A stretch of DNA of 64,000 nt from positions 65,383 through 129,382 of the forward strand of contig DATJTK010000170.1 in NCBI GenBank assembly GCA_035503455.1. The letters run 5' to 3'. Positions 1 to 10,766 of this stretch are shown here, one piece after another. The stretch comes from Candidatus Sulfotelmatobacter sp. Lineage in GTDB: Bacteria > Verrucomicrobiota > Verrucomicrobiia > Limisphaerales > UBA11358. Made by a program: the position numbers and the translations under genes. The number at the start of each line of letters is the position of its first letter. Position 1 is the stretch's first letter. Under the pieces are notes generated by a model. That model ran no database searches, was not told where the DNA came from, and worked only from the letters and a program-made list of their open reading frames with translations.

Positions 1-1748
1 AGAGGGTTTACCTTGACCCGAGCCAGCCTGTCGACGCCCGCGTCTCGGACCTCCTTTCGCGAATGACGCTGGACGAGAAGATCGGCCAAATGGTCCAGGC
101 TGACCTGGACTGTGTCACCAATCTTTCGGACATTCAAACCTATGGTTTCGGGTCCATGTTGAGCGGCGGCGATTCCAAGCCTGCCGGTCCCAATAATCCG
201 GAGACCTGGTTCAACACTGTCAATCAGCTTCAATCCTGGGCGCTCAAAACCAGGTTGAAGATTCCATTGATTTACGGCATTGACGCCGTTCACGGCCACA
301 ATGACGTCATTGGTACGACGCTTTTCCCGCATCACATCGGCATGGGCGCCACGCATGATCCGGCGCTCGTTCAACAGGCCGACCGCGTGACAGCCATGGA
401 AATGGCCGGCACGGGCATCCGATGGGCCTTTGCTCCGTGTATCGCCGTGGTCCAGGACGAACGCTGGGGACGCACCTACGAAAGCTACAGCCAGGACCCG
501 GCCCTGGTTTCCGAATTGGGCGCGGCGTCGATCAGAGGTTTCCAGGGCGATGAACTCTCGACTAACTGCTGGTCGATACTGGCCTGCGCAAAACATTTCA
601 TCGGCGACGGCGGAACGCAGGATGGACACGACCAGGGCAACACGGTCTGCGATGAAGCCACCCTGGACCGGCTATTTCTGCCGCCGTATCAGGCGGCCGT
701 GCAGGCCGGGGTCGGTTCCATCATGGTTTCGTACAGCAGTTGGAACGGCGTCAAAATGCACGCGCAGAAACATCTCCTGACGGACGTGCTCAAAGGCGAA
801 CTGGGTTTTAAAGGATTTCTCGTTTCCGATTGGGCGGCCATTGACGAAATCTCGCCGGACTACAAAACCGACGTCGAGACATCCATCAATGCGGGCCTGG
901 ATATGATCATGATTCCATACGGACCCGGTAAAACGAACAATTACATCGAGTTCATCAACGACTTGAAGGAACTGGTGGCCGAAGGAAAGGTCTCGCAGGC
1001 GCGGATTGACGACGCGGTGTCGCGCATTTTGCGAATCAAGTTTCAAATGGGGTTGTTTGAAAATCCCTGGACTGACCCAAGGCTCACAATCGAAATTGGT
1101 TCTCCCGAACATCGCGGGGTCGCCCGCCAATGTGTGCGGGAATCGCTCGTGCTTCTCAAAAACAGGCGTCATACGCTTCCATTGTCGAAAAGCCTGAAAC
1201 ATATTTTCGTTGTGGGCGAGGCCGCCAATGATCTGGGCGTCCAATGCGGCGGTTGGACGGTTTCCTGGCAGGGGACAGGCCAATTGACGCGGGGCACGAC
1301 GATTTTCCAGGCAATCCGCGATGCCGCCGCCCCGGCGGCGCAAGTGACCTTTTCTCCGGATGGAAATGACATCCATGACGCCGATGCTGTCGTCGTAGTC
1401 GTTGGTGAAAAACCGTATGCCGAGGGACTCGGCGATCGGACGAACCTGGATTTGTCCGAGGGCGACGCGGCGCTGATTGCCAGGGCCAAAGCCTCCGGCG
1501 CTCCTGTGACGACGATTTTGCTCTCCGGGCGCCCGTTAATTCTGGGCAAGTCGCTGAAAGCCAGCGATGCGTTCATCGCCGCGTGGCTGCCGGGCACCGA
1601 AGGCGAAGGCGTAGCGGACGTTTTGTTTGGCGATTTCGCGCCGACGGGCAAATTGCCGCGCGAATGGCCGAAGAACGACCGTCAATTTGCCGCCGACCAT
1701 ATGCACGGCAGGCCGCTGTTCCCATTGGGATATGGATTGACGTATTGA
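1..1748 (+). CDS. Glycoside hydrolase family 3 beta-glucosidase, 5' end cut by window edge
   Basis: ORF track gives 63..1748, but the frame stays open back to nt 3 (RVYLDPSQPVDARVSDLLSRMTLDEKIGQM, the canonical GH3 N-terminal segment). The true start is therefore upstream of the window. GH3 nucleophile motif GFLVSDW is present. Confidence 0.9.
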   Translation, partial: RVYLDPSQPVDARVSDLLSRMTLDEKIGQMVQADLDCVTNLSDIQTYGFGSMLSGGDSKPAGPNNPETWFNTVNQLQSWALKTRLKIPLIYGIDAVHGHNDVIGTTLFPHHIGMGATHDPALVQQADRVTAMEMAGTGIRWAFAPCIAVVQDERWGRTYESYSQDPALVSELGAASIRGFQGDELSTNCWSILACAKHFIGDGGTQDGHDQGNTVCDEATLDRLFLPPYQAAVQAGVGSIMVSYSSWNGVKMHAQKHLLTDVLKGELGFKGFLVSDWAAIDEISPDYKTDVETSINAGLDMIMIPYGPGKTNNYIEFINDLKELVAEGKVSQARIDDAVSRILRIKFQMGLFENPWTDPRLTIEIGSPEHRGVARQCVRESLVLLKNRRHTLPLSKSLKHIFVVGEAANDLGVQCGGWTVSWQGTGQLTRGTTIFQAIRDAAAPAAQVTFSPDGNDIHDADAVVVVVGEKPYAEGLGDRTNLDLSEGDAALIARAKASGAPVTTILLSGRPLILGKSLKASDAFIAAWLPGTEGEGVADVLFGDFAPTGKLPREWPKNDRQFAADHMHGRPLFPLGYGLTY

Positions 1749-1862
1749 TTCATTGTTGTTCTATTGCCACAGGACGCAACGCACTTATTCTGTCTTTGTC
1801 CGCCCGTCGGCGGGCTTTGACTGCGGTCCTAAAACTGAACCTTAAAAAGAAAGGAACTGTTT

Positions 1863-2693
1863 ATGGGTAAAATCTTTCGGACATGGTCGTTAATGTCAGA
1901 TAGCTGGCAGGTGCTCAAGCTGGACAAGAGCCTCGTGGTGCTTCCCCTTATTTCCGGTGTCTGCTGTTTGCTATTGCTGGCGTCGTTTGCCATACCCATT
2001 GTCGCAACCGGCGCATGGCGCCCGCCCGGCCACGACTCTGAAACCGTGCGGCAGGTAATTTATTACGGCACGATATTCGCCTTTTATGCTGCCAATTACT
2101 TTATCGTGGTGTTTTTCAATGCGGCCATCGTGGCGTGCGCCGCAACCCGGATGGGAGGCGGAAACCCCACGATTGGCGATGGTATCCGCGCCGCGGCCTC
2201 GCGCCTGCCGGTCATCGCCGGCTGGGCTTTGGTTTCGGCCACAGTCGGGCTGATTCTCCAGATCATTGAAGATCGTTCGGATAAAATCGGACAAATTGTC
2301 GCCGGCCTGTTGGGAATGGCATGGACGGTTGTGACATTTCTCGTCGTGCCCATTTTAGTCATAGAAAACAAAAATCCGATTGCCGCCCTGCAGGAATCCA
2401 CCGCGTTGCTGAAAAGGACGTGGGGCGAACAGTTGATCAGCAATTTTAGTTTTAGCGGAATATTCTTCCTGCTTGCCCTGCCGGCCCTTGGCCTGATTGC
2501 TTTGGGGTTCGTGCTGGGAAGCGCCGTGGCCGTGTTTGCGTGCGTGGGATTGGGGGTTGTCTATTTGATTTTGCTTTCACTGATCCAATCGGCGTTGCAG
2601 GCGATTTTTCAAACGGCTCTCTACCTCTACGCGCGCGACGGCATCGTCCCGCAGGGATTTCATGAGGAAGTGCTCGGGTCGGCGTTGCGATAA
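1863..2693 (+). CDS. Polytopic membrane protein of unknown function (DUF6159-like pattern)
   Basis: 276 aa with about 6 hydrophobic helices. The N-terminal 'RTWSLMSDSWQVLKLDKSLVVLPLISG' resembles the DUF6159 family from memory. No catalytic motif recognised. Confidence 0.6.
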   Translation: MGKIFRTWSLMSDSWQVLKLDKSLVVLPLISGVCCLLLLASFAIPIVATGAWRPPGHDSETVRQVIYYGTIFAFYAANYFIVVFFNAAIVACAATRMGGGNPTIGDGIRAAASRLPVIAGWALVSATVGLILQIIEDRSDKIGQIVAGLLGMAWTVVTFLVVPILVIENKNPIAALQESTALLKRTWGEQLISNFSFSGIFFLLALPALGLIALGFVLGSAVAVFACVGLGVVYLILLSLIQSALQAIFQTALYLYARDGIVPQGFHEEVLGSALR

Positions 2694-2992
2694 GAACGTG
2701 GGACGAGGGCGTTAGATGTTCTAAATTCGAAACATCGAACGTCGAACGTCCAACGCTGAACATCGAATGCCGAGACGAACGACTTCGACGCGTCAATTGC
2801 CGTTTGAGGATCCAGCGACCTCCGAAAGCAGTGTCGCGCGGACTTGCCACCGCACTCCAAGACGGCAAGCGAGTTCTCACGATTTTTTGGTCCTGGACGG
2901 TCTATGGGAATGGGTTCATACCGTGAGGAATCGTGCCGCTGCCGGTCTAATCATTGATTTAATTGTTATCTGCAATAAACGAAAGAGTTCCT

Positions 2993-4330
2993 ATGAAAGG
3001 CATTTACGGACTGATATTCATAGCCATTCTGTACATGCTCGCGGACCAGGTGGCGGCGGCCTCTGATTTGCCGAGGTACAAATTTGCGCCTGATGAGGAA
3101 CTGGTTTATTCCGGTTCGTCGGGATTTGATTTCGGAAATGGGACGGTGAAGTACTCGGACACGACGCGTTTTTGGGTAACGGGTCAAAACCCGGATGGAA
3201 GCTGGCATCTCATCTTCATCGGCCAAAACAAAGAGATTCTGACCGGCGATTATGCTCCGGCACATGGAATCATCACCAACGCCACAATTTCTTTTGGCCA
3301 TATGAATTTGTTGGCTGACGGGCGAAGAGTGGATAAACCGGCTACACTCCTTACAGCCATTTATCCCGCGTTCTTTCCTCTCCCTGCCGATGCGAATCAG
3401 GCGCGATCCGGCTGGTCATTTGCGAAAAGCTTTGATGTAGAGGCCACAAATCACGTCACGCAGACGGATCCCTGGATCATTGAATCCATCGAGCGAGGAA
3501 TCGCTTACGATATCAAACAAATCGGCGCGTCCAACACGATTTATTTTAATGACGAGCTGGGCCTTGTTGAGAAAATCCAGGTTGAAAAACAACGAGCCAA
3601 GTGGTTTGGCGCCGGTACGGTGGAGTTGGAATCTCACGCCGTGCGAAACCGGGACTGGATGCACCAATTCATTTCGGATGCCGATGCTGTTGACCAGGCG
3701 GAGGCGGCAACCGAAGCGGCATATAAATCCGTTGAGACCGGCGCCGCCGAACCGGAAATTGCCCGGGCGGCCGCACAGCAGGTCCTGGAATCCGCGCTGG
3801 CCCATGTTCAATACGGTTTGCTCCGGGACAAACTCAATTCCGACCTGGGAAATCTCGATGAGCAGTTTCGCGTTGCCCGGGACGAGAGAGAAGGCGTTGA
3901 CCTGGTCCTGAACAAACCCTCGCCGGCGTGGGCCACGACGGATCTCGATGGGCAAAAACATGCGCTTGAGGACTACCGGGGCAAGGTAGTGGCGCTGGAT
4001 TTTTGGGAACGCGATTGCGCTCCATGCATGGTGGCGATGCCGCAGATTAAAGCCCTGGCGGACCAATTTCGCGGCCAGCCGGTTGTTTTTCTCGGAATGA
4101 ACGGTGACCGAAGGGATGAAGACGCAAGGTTTGTGGTGAACAAGATGCAGCTCAATTTTCTTACTCTTCATGGAGCCGACATTGTGGAAAAATACGGCGT
4201 GGATGATTTTCCCACGTTCATCGTGATTGACCAAAAAGGCATCGTGCGGGTCCGGCACGAAGGATGCCAGCCCACGTTGCGCGAGGATATGGCCGAATCA
4301 ATCTCGAACCTCCTTTCCGGCAATCCATGA
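2993..4330 (+). CDS. Secreted TlpA/redoxin-family thiol:disulfide oxidoreductase with large N-terminal domain
   Basis: Signal-like MKGIYGLIFIAILYMLADQVAAA. C-terminal thioredoxin fold with CxxC (FWERDCAPCMVAMP) and FPTFIVID. ATG 2993 preferred over ORF-track start 2963. Confidence 0.8.
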   Translation: MKGIYGLIFIAILYMLADQVAAASDLPRYKFAPDEELVYSGSSGFDFGNGTVKYSDTTRFWVTGQNPDGSWHLIFIGQNKEILTGDYAPAHGIITNATISFGHMNLLADGRRVDKPATLLTAIYPAFFPLPADANQARSGWSFAKSFDVEATNHVTQTDPWIIESIERGIAYDIKQIGASNTIYFNDELGLVEKIQVEKQRAKWFGAGTVELESHAVRNRDWMHQFISDADAVDQAEAATEAAYKSVETGAAEPEIARAAAQQVLESALAHVQYGLLRDKLNSDLGNLDEQFRVARDEREGVDLVLNKPSPAWATTDLDGQKHALEDYRGKVVALDFWERDCAPCMVAMPQIKALADQFRGQPVVFLGMNGDRRDEDARFVVNKMQLNFLTLHGADIVEKYGVDDFPTFIVIDQKGIVRVRHEGCQPTLREDMAESISNLLSGNP

Positions 4331-4382
4331 TTGGCCTGGACTTTTCTCTTTTGCTTTTCCGGTTTTGATTTAGTTTTGGTTC

Positions 4383-5159
4383 ATGCAGTTTTCACTGAAG
4401 GAAAAATGGGTTTTAATCACAGGCGCTTCATCCGGTTTTGGGGCGGCGGCGGCATGCGCGTTTGGCGCCTGCGGCGCGCGATTGCTTCTGGGTGCGCGGC
4501 GCATGGACCGTTTGGAACGAAGCGCGGCAGAAGCCAAAAAGGCCGGGGCTGCTGAAGCACATATCCATTCTCTGGATGTCGAAAAAACGGAAAGCGTGCA
4601 GTCGTTTATGGATTGGGCGAAGGAAAAGATTGATGGCCTGCATGTCCTGATCAATAACGCCGGCGGCGCTCATGGCCTGGATACGATTGCGAAAGGAAAG
4701 GATGCCGATTGGGAGGCGATGTTCCAATCGAATGTGCTGGGCATATTGCGGATGACGCGCGCCGCGTTGCCCTTGATACCGCGGGACGCAGGCGCAACCA
4801 TTATCAATATCGGCTCGGTTGCCGGACATACGGCCTATGAAGGGGGCGGCGCTTATTGCGCCGCCAAAGCCGCCGAACTGCAAATTACCAGGACACTCCG
4901 TCTCGAATTGTTCGGCTCAGGCATTCGTGTGAGCACTGTGGACCCGGGCCTGGCGGAAACCGAATTTTCCCTGGTCCGGTTCAAGGGCGACGCTGCCGCC
5001 GCCAAAAAGGTCTATGAAGGCACGAATCCGCTGACGGCTGTGGATATTGCCGAGACCCTGGTTTGGGTCGCCACGCGCCCGGCGCATGTGAACATTGATG
5101 AAATGATCATTAAACCGGTGGATCAGGCGGCGGTGGGGAAGGTATTTAAGAGAGCTTAG
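4383..5159 (+). CDS. Short-chain dehydrogenase/reductase (SDR, YdfG-like)
   Basis: TGASSGFG Rossmann motif, NNAG, catalytic YCAAKAA (YxxxK). Confidence 0.9.
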   Translation: MQFSLKEKWVLITGASSGFGAAAACAFGACGARLLLGARRMDRLERSAAEAKKAGAAEAHIHSLDVEKTESVQSFMDWAKEKIDGLHVLINNAGGAHGLDTIAKGKDADWEAMFQSNVLGILRMTRAALPLIPRDAGATIINIGSVAGHTAYEGGGAYCAAKAAELQITRTLRLELFGSGIRVSTVDPGLAETEFSLVRFKGDAAAAKKVYEGTNPLTAVDIAETLVWVATRPAHVNIDEMIIKPVDQAAVGKVFKRA

Positions 5160-5323
5160 AGTTGCCGTCGCCTGAAGCTTGAGGGGACGTATAGGTCGTA
5201 TAGGACCTATACGACCTATTCCGTCGGCTTGAGGACCCGCCATCGCCAAAGCTACGGCGCGGCAAGTGACGATTCTTTAAGCTCAAATTTGCGCAGCAGG
5301 CGTGATTGTGCAAAGTTACGCTA

Positions 5324-7126
5324 ATGGAGGAGTATCAGCCGATTGAAAATTACGGAATTATTGGGGATTTGACGACCACGGCGCTGGTCAGCATGTCCGG
5401 GTCCATTGATTTCATGTGCTTCCCGCGGTTCGATTCGCCGACCATTTTTGCCGCGCTCCTCGATGCCAAACGCGGCGGCAGTTTCCGTATCGCGCCTGTT
5501 CGAGGAGAATTCAGGCACCGACAGCGTTACTTTCCGGACACGAACATTCTCCTCACGCGTTTTTTGGGAGATGACGGGATCGCGGAAATCTCGGATTTCA
5601 TGGCGATGCAGCACCTGGGCCATCGCCACAACCTGGTGCGCCGTGTCAAGGTGGTCCGGGGCGAAATGGAATTTAAATTGGTTTGCGCGCCTAAATTCGA
5701 TTACGGGCGCGCACACCACAAGGTCGAAAGAAAACCAAATCAGGTCATTTTCATTCCGGACAAAAAAAGCGTGCCGCCGCTGTTGCTGCGGGCCAGCGTG
5801 CCGCTCGAGGAAGTGAATGGCGAGGCGGTCGCCCGCTTCAAGTTAAAGACGGGTGAAACCGATTATTTTATCCTGGAGGAAGCCCAATCGGGGGAATCAC
5901 CCTCCGCAGATTGCGATTACGTCTCTGACGCGTTCAAGGAGACCATGAATTACTGGCTGTCATGGATTGGGCGCTCTCGTTATCGCGGTCGCTGGCGCGA
6001 AATGGTCAATCGCTCGGCCCTGACGCTGAAATTGCTGACGTCACGGCCGCACGGTTCCATCGTGGCGGCGCCGACGTTTTCGCTGCCCGAACGGATAGGC
6101 GGCGGGCGCAACTGGGACTATCGCTTTACTTGGATCCGGGATGCTTCGTTTACGCTCTATGCCCTGATGCGGTTGGGTTATTCCGAAGAGGCGCGGGCGT
6201 TTATGTTATGGACGGCAGATCGCTGTGGCGAATCAAAGCCGGGGCGTCCGTTGCAGATCATGTACGGTATTGATGGGCGGCATGAGTTGCCGGAAGAAAG
6301 CCTGAAAATCTTCGAAGGCTACAAAAAATCAGGGCCGGTCCGCGTGGGAAATGCGGCATCCAAACAGTTGCAACTGGACATTTACGGTGAACTGATGGAT
6401 TCGGTTTATCTTTATGACCGGCATAGCGAACCCATTTCCTACGATTTTTGGCTGGATCTCGTGCGGTTGGTCGAGTGGGTCTGTAAAAACTGGAAGCGGC
6501 CGGACAGCGGCATCTGGGAGGTGCGGGGCGGAGCGCGGCCGTTTTTGTATTCGCGCGCGATGTGCTGGCTGGCGGTGGATAGGGCGCTGAAAATCGCCAT
6601 GGCGCGCTCATATCCGGCGCCGACCGTGCGCTGGCTGCGTACGCGGAACGAAATTTACATGAGCGTTTACAAGGATTTCTGGAACCCGAAATTGAAGTCC
6701 TTTGTCCAATACAAGGGCGCCTCGAATCTGGATGCCGCATGCCTGTTGCTGCCGATGGTCAAATTCATCAGTCCTAACGACCCGCGCTGGATGTCTACGC
6801 TTGAAGCGATTACGGGCGCCCTGGTTGAAGATTCCCTGGTTTATCGCTATTTGCCGGGGAAAGCCGCGCCGGACGGTATGACGGGCACCGAAGGGACGTT
6901 TTCAATGTGCTCATTTTGGTATGTTGAGTGCCTTTCCCGCGCGAACGATTTGCACCAGGCGCGTTTCATTTTTGAAAAGGCGCTTGGATACGCGAATCAC
7001 CTGGGCCTGTACGCCGAGCAATTGGGGCCGGCCGGCGAGCATCTCGGAAATTTTCCCCAGGCGCTGACGCACATCGCGCTCATCAGCGCCGCGTTCAACT
7101 TAAACGACCGATTGGATCGAGTATGA
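5324..7126 (+). CDS. Glycoside hydrolase family 15 (glucoamylase/trehalase-type)
   Basis: IENYGIIGDLTTTALVSMSGSIDFMCFPRFDSP and NWDYRFTWIRDASFT are conserved GH15 segments. ATG 5324 preferred over TTG 5306. Confidence 0.85.
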   Translation: MEEYQPIENYGIIGDLTTTALVSMSGSIDFMCFPRFDSPTIFAALLDAKRGGSFRIAPVRGEFRHRQRYFPDTNILLTRFLGDDGIAEISDFMAMQHLGHRHNLVRRVKVVRGEMEFKLVCAPKFDYGRAHHKVERKPNQVIFIPDKKSVPPLLLRASVPLEEVNGEAVARFKLKTGETDYFILEEAQSGESPSADCDYVSDAFKETMNYWLSWIGRSRYRGRWREMVNRSALTLKLLTSRPHGSIVAAPTFSLPERIGGGRNWDYRFTWIRDASFTLYALMRLGYSEEARAFMLWTADRCGESKPGRPLQIMYGIDGRHELPEESLKIFEGYKKSGPVRVGNAASKQLQLDIYGELMDSVYLYDRHSEPISYDFWLDLVRLVEWVCKNWKRPDSGIWEVRGGARPFLYSRAMCWLAVDRALKIAMARSYPAPTVRWLRTRNEIYMSVYKDFWNPKLKSFVQYKGASNLDAACLLLPMVKFISPNDPRWMSTLEAITGALVEDSLVYRYLPGKAAPDGMTGTEGTFSMCSFWYVECLSRANDLHQARFIFEKALGYANHLGLYAEQLGPAGEHLGNFPQALTHIALISAAFNLNDRLDRV

Positions 7127-8799
7127 AACTAAAACTGCCCACCATACACTTGAAGCGATACCGGGAAATCGCCGCGCTCCTTTGGAAATACGGGCGTTCG
7201 GACCTCGTCCGCCAAATGGGCGTGGACGATTTGCTGGCGCCCGAGCAAGTGGTAAAGCCCAGTGGGCCGGCCCCGGAAGAATTGGCCAATGACTTGGAAG
7301 CGATGGGGCCGACATTCATCAAAATCGGGCAATTGCTCTCAAGCCGGTCGGATTTAATCCCCGATGTGTATCTGAAACCACTCTCTCGCCTTCAGGACAG
7401 CGTCAAACCGTTTTCTTTCGAGGAAGTCGAACGCATCATTCTCGCGGAACTGGGCGTGAGGATTTCCAAAGCGTTTTCGGATTTTAATCCCCGGCCAATC
7501 GCCGCCGCGTCGCTGGGGCAGGTCCATTTCGCCGCCCTGCGTGACGGCCGGCAGGTCATCGTTAAAATCCAGCGCCCGGACATTCGCAAACAAATTGCCG
7601 AAGACTTCGAAGTGCTCACCCAAATCGCCGAGTTTTTGGACGCCTACACGGAATTTGGGCGGCGCTATCGTTTCCTGACGGTTCTCGAAGAATTCCGGGT
7701 GACGATTCAAAGGGAATTGAATTATGAGCGCGAGGCGCAAAATCTCATCACCCTCGGCTCCAATCTCAAGGATTTTCATCATATCCAGGTGCCTCAGCCG
7801 GTGGATGACTACACGACGCGCTCGGTCCTGACGATGGATTTTGTGCAGGGCCGAAAAATCACGTCGCTTTCGCCCCTGGCGCGGCTGGACCTCAACGGCA
7901 GTCCGCTGGCGGAGGAATTATTCAGGGCCTATTTGAAACAAATTATGGTGGACGGCATGTTCCACGCTGATCCGCATCCGGGAAACGTGTTTCTGACGGA
8001 TGATGGCCATATCGCCCTGATTGACCTTGGCATGGTCGGGCACGTTGCGCCCACGCTCCAGGAAAACCTGCTCAAGCTCCTTATCGCCGTGAGCGAAGGG
8101 GACAATGAGCAGGCCAGCGACATCATCCTCGGCATCAGCCGCACCAACGAAGATTTCAACGAAGTGCAATTCGGCCGCCGCATGTGCCAAATTATCAACG
8201 CGGCCCAAAACCAGAGCCTGGAACAACTCAACGTCGGCAAATCGCTCCTGGACATGAGCAAGACGGCCATTGACAACGGCCTATTTGTGCCCAGCGAGCT
8301 GACGCTGCTCGGCAAGACACTGCTGCAACTGGACGAGATTGGAAAAATCATTTATCCCAAATTTGATCCCTACGCTGCGGTACGGCGCAATATTCCGTCG
8401 CTGCTGGCGCAACGTCTCAGGAAGCACGCCAGCCAGGGGACAGTCATCAACTCGCTGCTCGAGTTCAAAAATATGTTCACACACCTGCCGTCGCGGATTA
8501 ATCGCATCCTGGATGCGACGGCAAATTCCGACCTCGAAGTGAGAATCAAGACCGTGGACACGCAAATGCTTGTGGAAGGTTTTCAAAAAGTGGCTAACCG
8601 AATTACGGCCGGCGTCATCCTGGCTTCCCTGATCCTGGGCGCGTCACTGCTGATGCGGGTCCAGACCCGGTTCACGATATTCGGCTATCCCGGCCTGGCC
8701 ATTGTGTGTTTTTTGGGGGCCGCAGCCGGGGGGTTGTGGCTGCTATTCACTATTTTCTTTCAGGACGAGAGGATCAAGAAACGGAAGAAGATGATGTGA
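7123..8799 (+). CDS. ABC1/UbiB-family atypical protein kinase
   Basis: ASLGQVHFAALRDGRQVIVKIQRPD, HADPHPGNVF and IALIDLGMVG kinase-like motifs. Two C-terminal TM helices. The start overlaps the GH15 stop (ATGA). Confidence 0.9.
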   Translation: MKLKLPTIHLKRYREIAALLWKYGRSDLVRQMGVDDLLAPEQVVKPSGPAPEELANDLEAMGPTFIKIGQLLSSRSDLIPDVYLKPLSRLQDSVKPFSFEEVERIILAELGVRISKAFSDFNPRPIAAASLGQVHFAALRDGRQVIVKIQRPDIRKQIAEDFEVLTQIAEFLDAYTEFGRRYRFLTVLEEFRVTIQRELNYEREAQNLITLGSNLKDFHHIQVPQPVDDYTTRSVLTMDFVQGRKITSLSPLARLDLNGSPLAEELFRAYLKQIMVDGMFHADPHPGNVFLTDDGHIALIDLGMVGHVAPTLQENLLKLLIAVSEGDNEQASDIILGISRTNEDFNEVQFGRRMCQIINAAQNQSLEQLNVGKSLLDMSKTAIDNGLFVPSELTLLGKTLLQLDEIGKIIYPKFDPYAAVRRNIPSLLAQRLRKHASQGTVINSLLEFKNMFTHLPSRINRILDATANSDLEVRIKTVDTQMLVEGFQKVANRITAGVILASLILGASLLMRVQTRFTIFGYPGLAIVCFLGAAAGGLWLLFTIFFQDERIKKRKKMM

Positions 8800-9164
8800 C
8801 CCGCCGTCGCTGAAGAGGCTGTGTGTAAAGCCCATTTTTTGGACCGTCGAATATCATCGGCATTTCGCCAAAAAACGCTCCACAAGCTATGACGCGGCAA
8901 GCGTTAATGATTTTCTATGCAATATCGCCTGCCCGCGAGCGTATAGGTCAATGAAGCCGCCGTTACAAAACGGGGCAGAGTTTCGTAAAATGCTAATTAT
9001 AAGAAATTTACAGTGTTGCATTAACGTTAATGGCGCGGTGTGTCGTTGCCGATGGCATTTTGGCCATTGCTTGCTCCATGCCGTTCATTTCGGATTGCGG
9101 TTTACGCGCTGTAACCTATACTCTGGGCCTGCGTCTGAAATTCCTTTAGATTAGTTGAGCAAAT

Positions 9165-9494
9165 ATGAAAAAATCATTGATAAAAACATCGTTATTGGTT
9201 GCCGTTAGCTTGCCGTTGCTGGCCGGCTGCGTGGTTTATACACGTCCGGCTCCCCCTCCCCCAGCCCCTGCGTATGACAATCCTCCGGCGCCGCAATATG
9301 AAGTGGTCACGGCTGCGCCTGGTCCGCTCGACGTCTGGTTTTGGATTCCGGGCCAGTGGGAATGGCGCGGCGGCGGCTGGGTATGGATTCATGGCCGTTG
9401 GGCGGCGCGGCCGCATCCGGGCGCGGTTTGGGTCCGCTCCGGTTGGCAATGGCGCGGTCATCATCGCGTGTGGGTTCGTGGCTACTGGCAGTGA
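9165..9494 (+). CDS. Small lipoprotein with WxxGxW repeats
   Basis: Lipobox LPLLAGC after a signal peptide, a proline-rich linker, then repeated W-x2-G-x-W units (GQWEWRGGGWVWIHGRW..SGWQWRG..VWVRGYW). Confidence 0.75.
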   Translation: MKKSLIKTSLLVAVSLPLLAGCVVYTRPAPPPPAPAYDNPPAPQYEVVTAAPGPLDVWFWIPGQWEWRGGGWVWIHGRWAARPHPGAVWVRSGWQWRGHHRVWVRGYWQ

Positions 9495-9531
9495 CGTTTA
9501 CGTTGAAACGTTGAATTGTTAAAACGTTGAA

Positions 9532-9560
9532 GCGGATCGGGAAACCGGTCCGCTTTTTTT
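9532..9560 (+). terminator. Rho-independent terminator of the lipoprotein gene
   Basis: GCGGATCGG-gaaa-CCGGTCCGC stem-loop (one G:U pair) followed by T7. Confidence 0.7.
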
Positions 9561-9563
9561 GTT

Positions 9564-9780
9564 GTAGCGCAGGTTTCCAAACCTGCCGTATCGCGGGTTT
9601 CTAAACCCGCTGGCCGTGCGACGTTGTTGGGCGCCGGGGCCTGGAAAAGCCGCAATTTGTCACTCGTCGTGCGGCAGGTCGCGCCAATTCAGCGAGTACC
9701 GCGAATTAGCCGGGGCGCGACTTCGTAAGATCAGCGGGTTTAGAAACCCGCGATACAGCAGACTTAGAAGTCTGCGCTAC
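9564..9780. repeat. 217-bp MITE-like element with ~49-bp terminal inverted repeats
   Basis: Left arm 9564-9612 is GTAGCGCAGGTTTCCAAACCTGCCGTATCGCGGGTTTCTAAACCCGCTG. The reverse complement of the right arm 9732-9780 is GTAGCGCAGACTTCTAAGTCTGCTGTATCGCGGGTTTCTAAACCCGCTG. Each arm itself contains two short hairpins. Confidence 0.7.
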
Positions 9781-9782
9781 GG

Positions 9783-10766
9783 CTACCAATACTGGTGAAC
9801 GAGCGGCTTGATATCCGCTTCATAAAGGGCGCGGATTTTTTTCATGATGTCAGGTGACAGCGGCGGGAGTTTTGAGGCGGCCGCATTTTCAGCAACCTGT
9901 TCCGGACGCTTTGCGCCGGGGATTGCGCACGTGACGGCCGGGAAATCCAGAATCCACCGCAACGCCAGTTGGGTCAGGGTGGCATCATCGGGAACCAGTT
10001 TCTTGAGTTCTTCAGTGGCGCCCAGGCCCACTTTGAAGTCCACGCCGCTGAAGGTTTCGCCGCGGTCGAATGCCTCGCCCCGGCGGTTGAACGAGCGATG
10101 GTCATCCTTCGCAAATTTGGTTTCGCGCGTGATTTTGCCGGTCAACATTCCGGACGCCAGCGGCACGCGCGCCAGGATGCCTGCCTTGTGTTTGCGGGCG
10201 AGTTCGAAAAGCAGGTCCGCGGGGCGCTGTCGGAAAATGTTGAAAATGATTTGCACCGATTGAACGTTTCGAAATTCGATGGCCTTGATGGCTTCTTCGA
10301 CTTTTTCCACGCTGACGCCGTAATGCCGGAGTTTGCCGGCCTTGACGAGGTCGTCCAAAATCTCAAAAACCTCGGGCATGTAATAGACCTGGGTGGGCGG
10401 GCAATGGAGTTGGAGCAGGTCCAGGGTTTCGGCTTCGAGGTTGCGCAAACTGCGCTCGATGAACGTCGTCAGGTTTTCGCGGCTGTAGCCTTCGGCGGTT
10501 TGTTCACGCAGACGCCGGCCGGCTTTGGTGGCGATAAAGAATTGTTCCTTTCTTTCCTTTTTCAACTTGGCCAGCAAACGTTCGCTCCGGCCATCCCCAT
10601 AAACGTCGGCGGTGTCAAAAAAATTCACACCCGCGTCGAGGGCCGCATGAAGGGCGGCAAGCGAGTCCTTGTCCTCCACAGAGCCCCAGGCGCCGCCGAT
10701 TGCCCAGGCGCCGAAACTGATTTCAGAAATTTTCCAGCCGGTGCGGCCAAGTTCCCGGTAATTCAT
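9783..10766 (-). CDS. Aldo/keto reductase
   Basis: MNYRELGRTGWKISEISFGAWAIGG..FFDTADVYGDGRSE is the AKR N-terminus. ATG 10766 preferred. The 60-codon ORF-track extension to 10946 runs through REP DNA. Confidence 0.9.
   Translation of the reverse strand: MNYRELGRTGWKISEISFGAWAIGGAWGSVEDKDSLAALHAALDAGVNFFDTADVYGDGRSERLLAKLKKERKEQFFIATKAGRRLREQTAEGYSRENLTTFIERSLRNLEAETLDLLQLHCPPTQVYYMPEVFEILDDLVKAGKLRHYGVSVEKVEEAIKAIEFRNVQSVQIIFNIFRQRPADLLFELARKHKAGILARVPLASGMLTGKITRETKFAKDDHRSFNRRGEAFDRGETFSGVDFKVGLGATEELKKLVPDDATLTQLALRWILDFPAVTCAIPGAKRPEQVAENAAASKLPPLSPDIMKKIRALYEADIKPLVHQYW

Noticed and set aside
1800-1822. Hairpin GCCCG-tcgg-CGGGC after the GH3 stop as a terminator.
   Set aside because: The stem is only 5 bp and the T-run is weak (TTTG), so it is not distinguishable from chance.
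9019-9032. Perfect 14-bp palindrome CATTAACGTTAATG upstream of the lipoprotein gene as an operator.
   Set aside because: It occurs once, has no convincing adjacent -35/-10 boxes and no cognate regulator nearby. Noted, but too weak to call.
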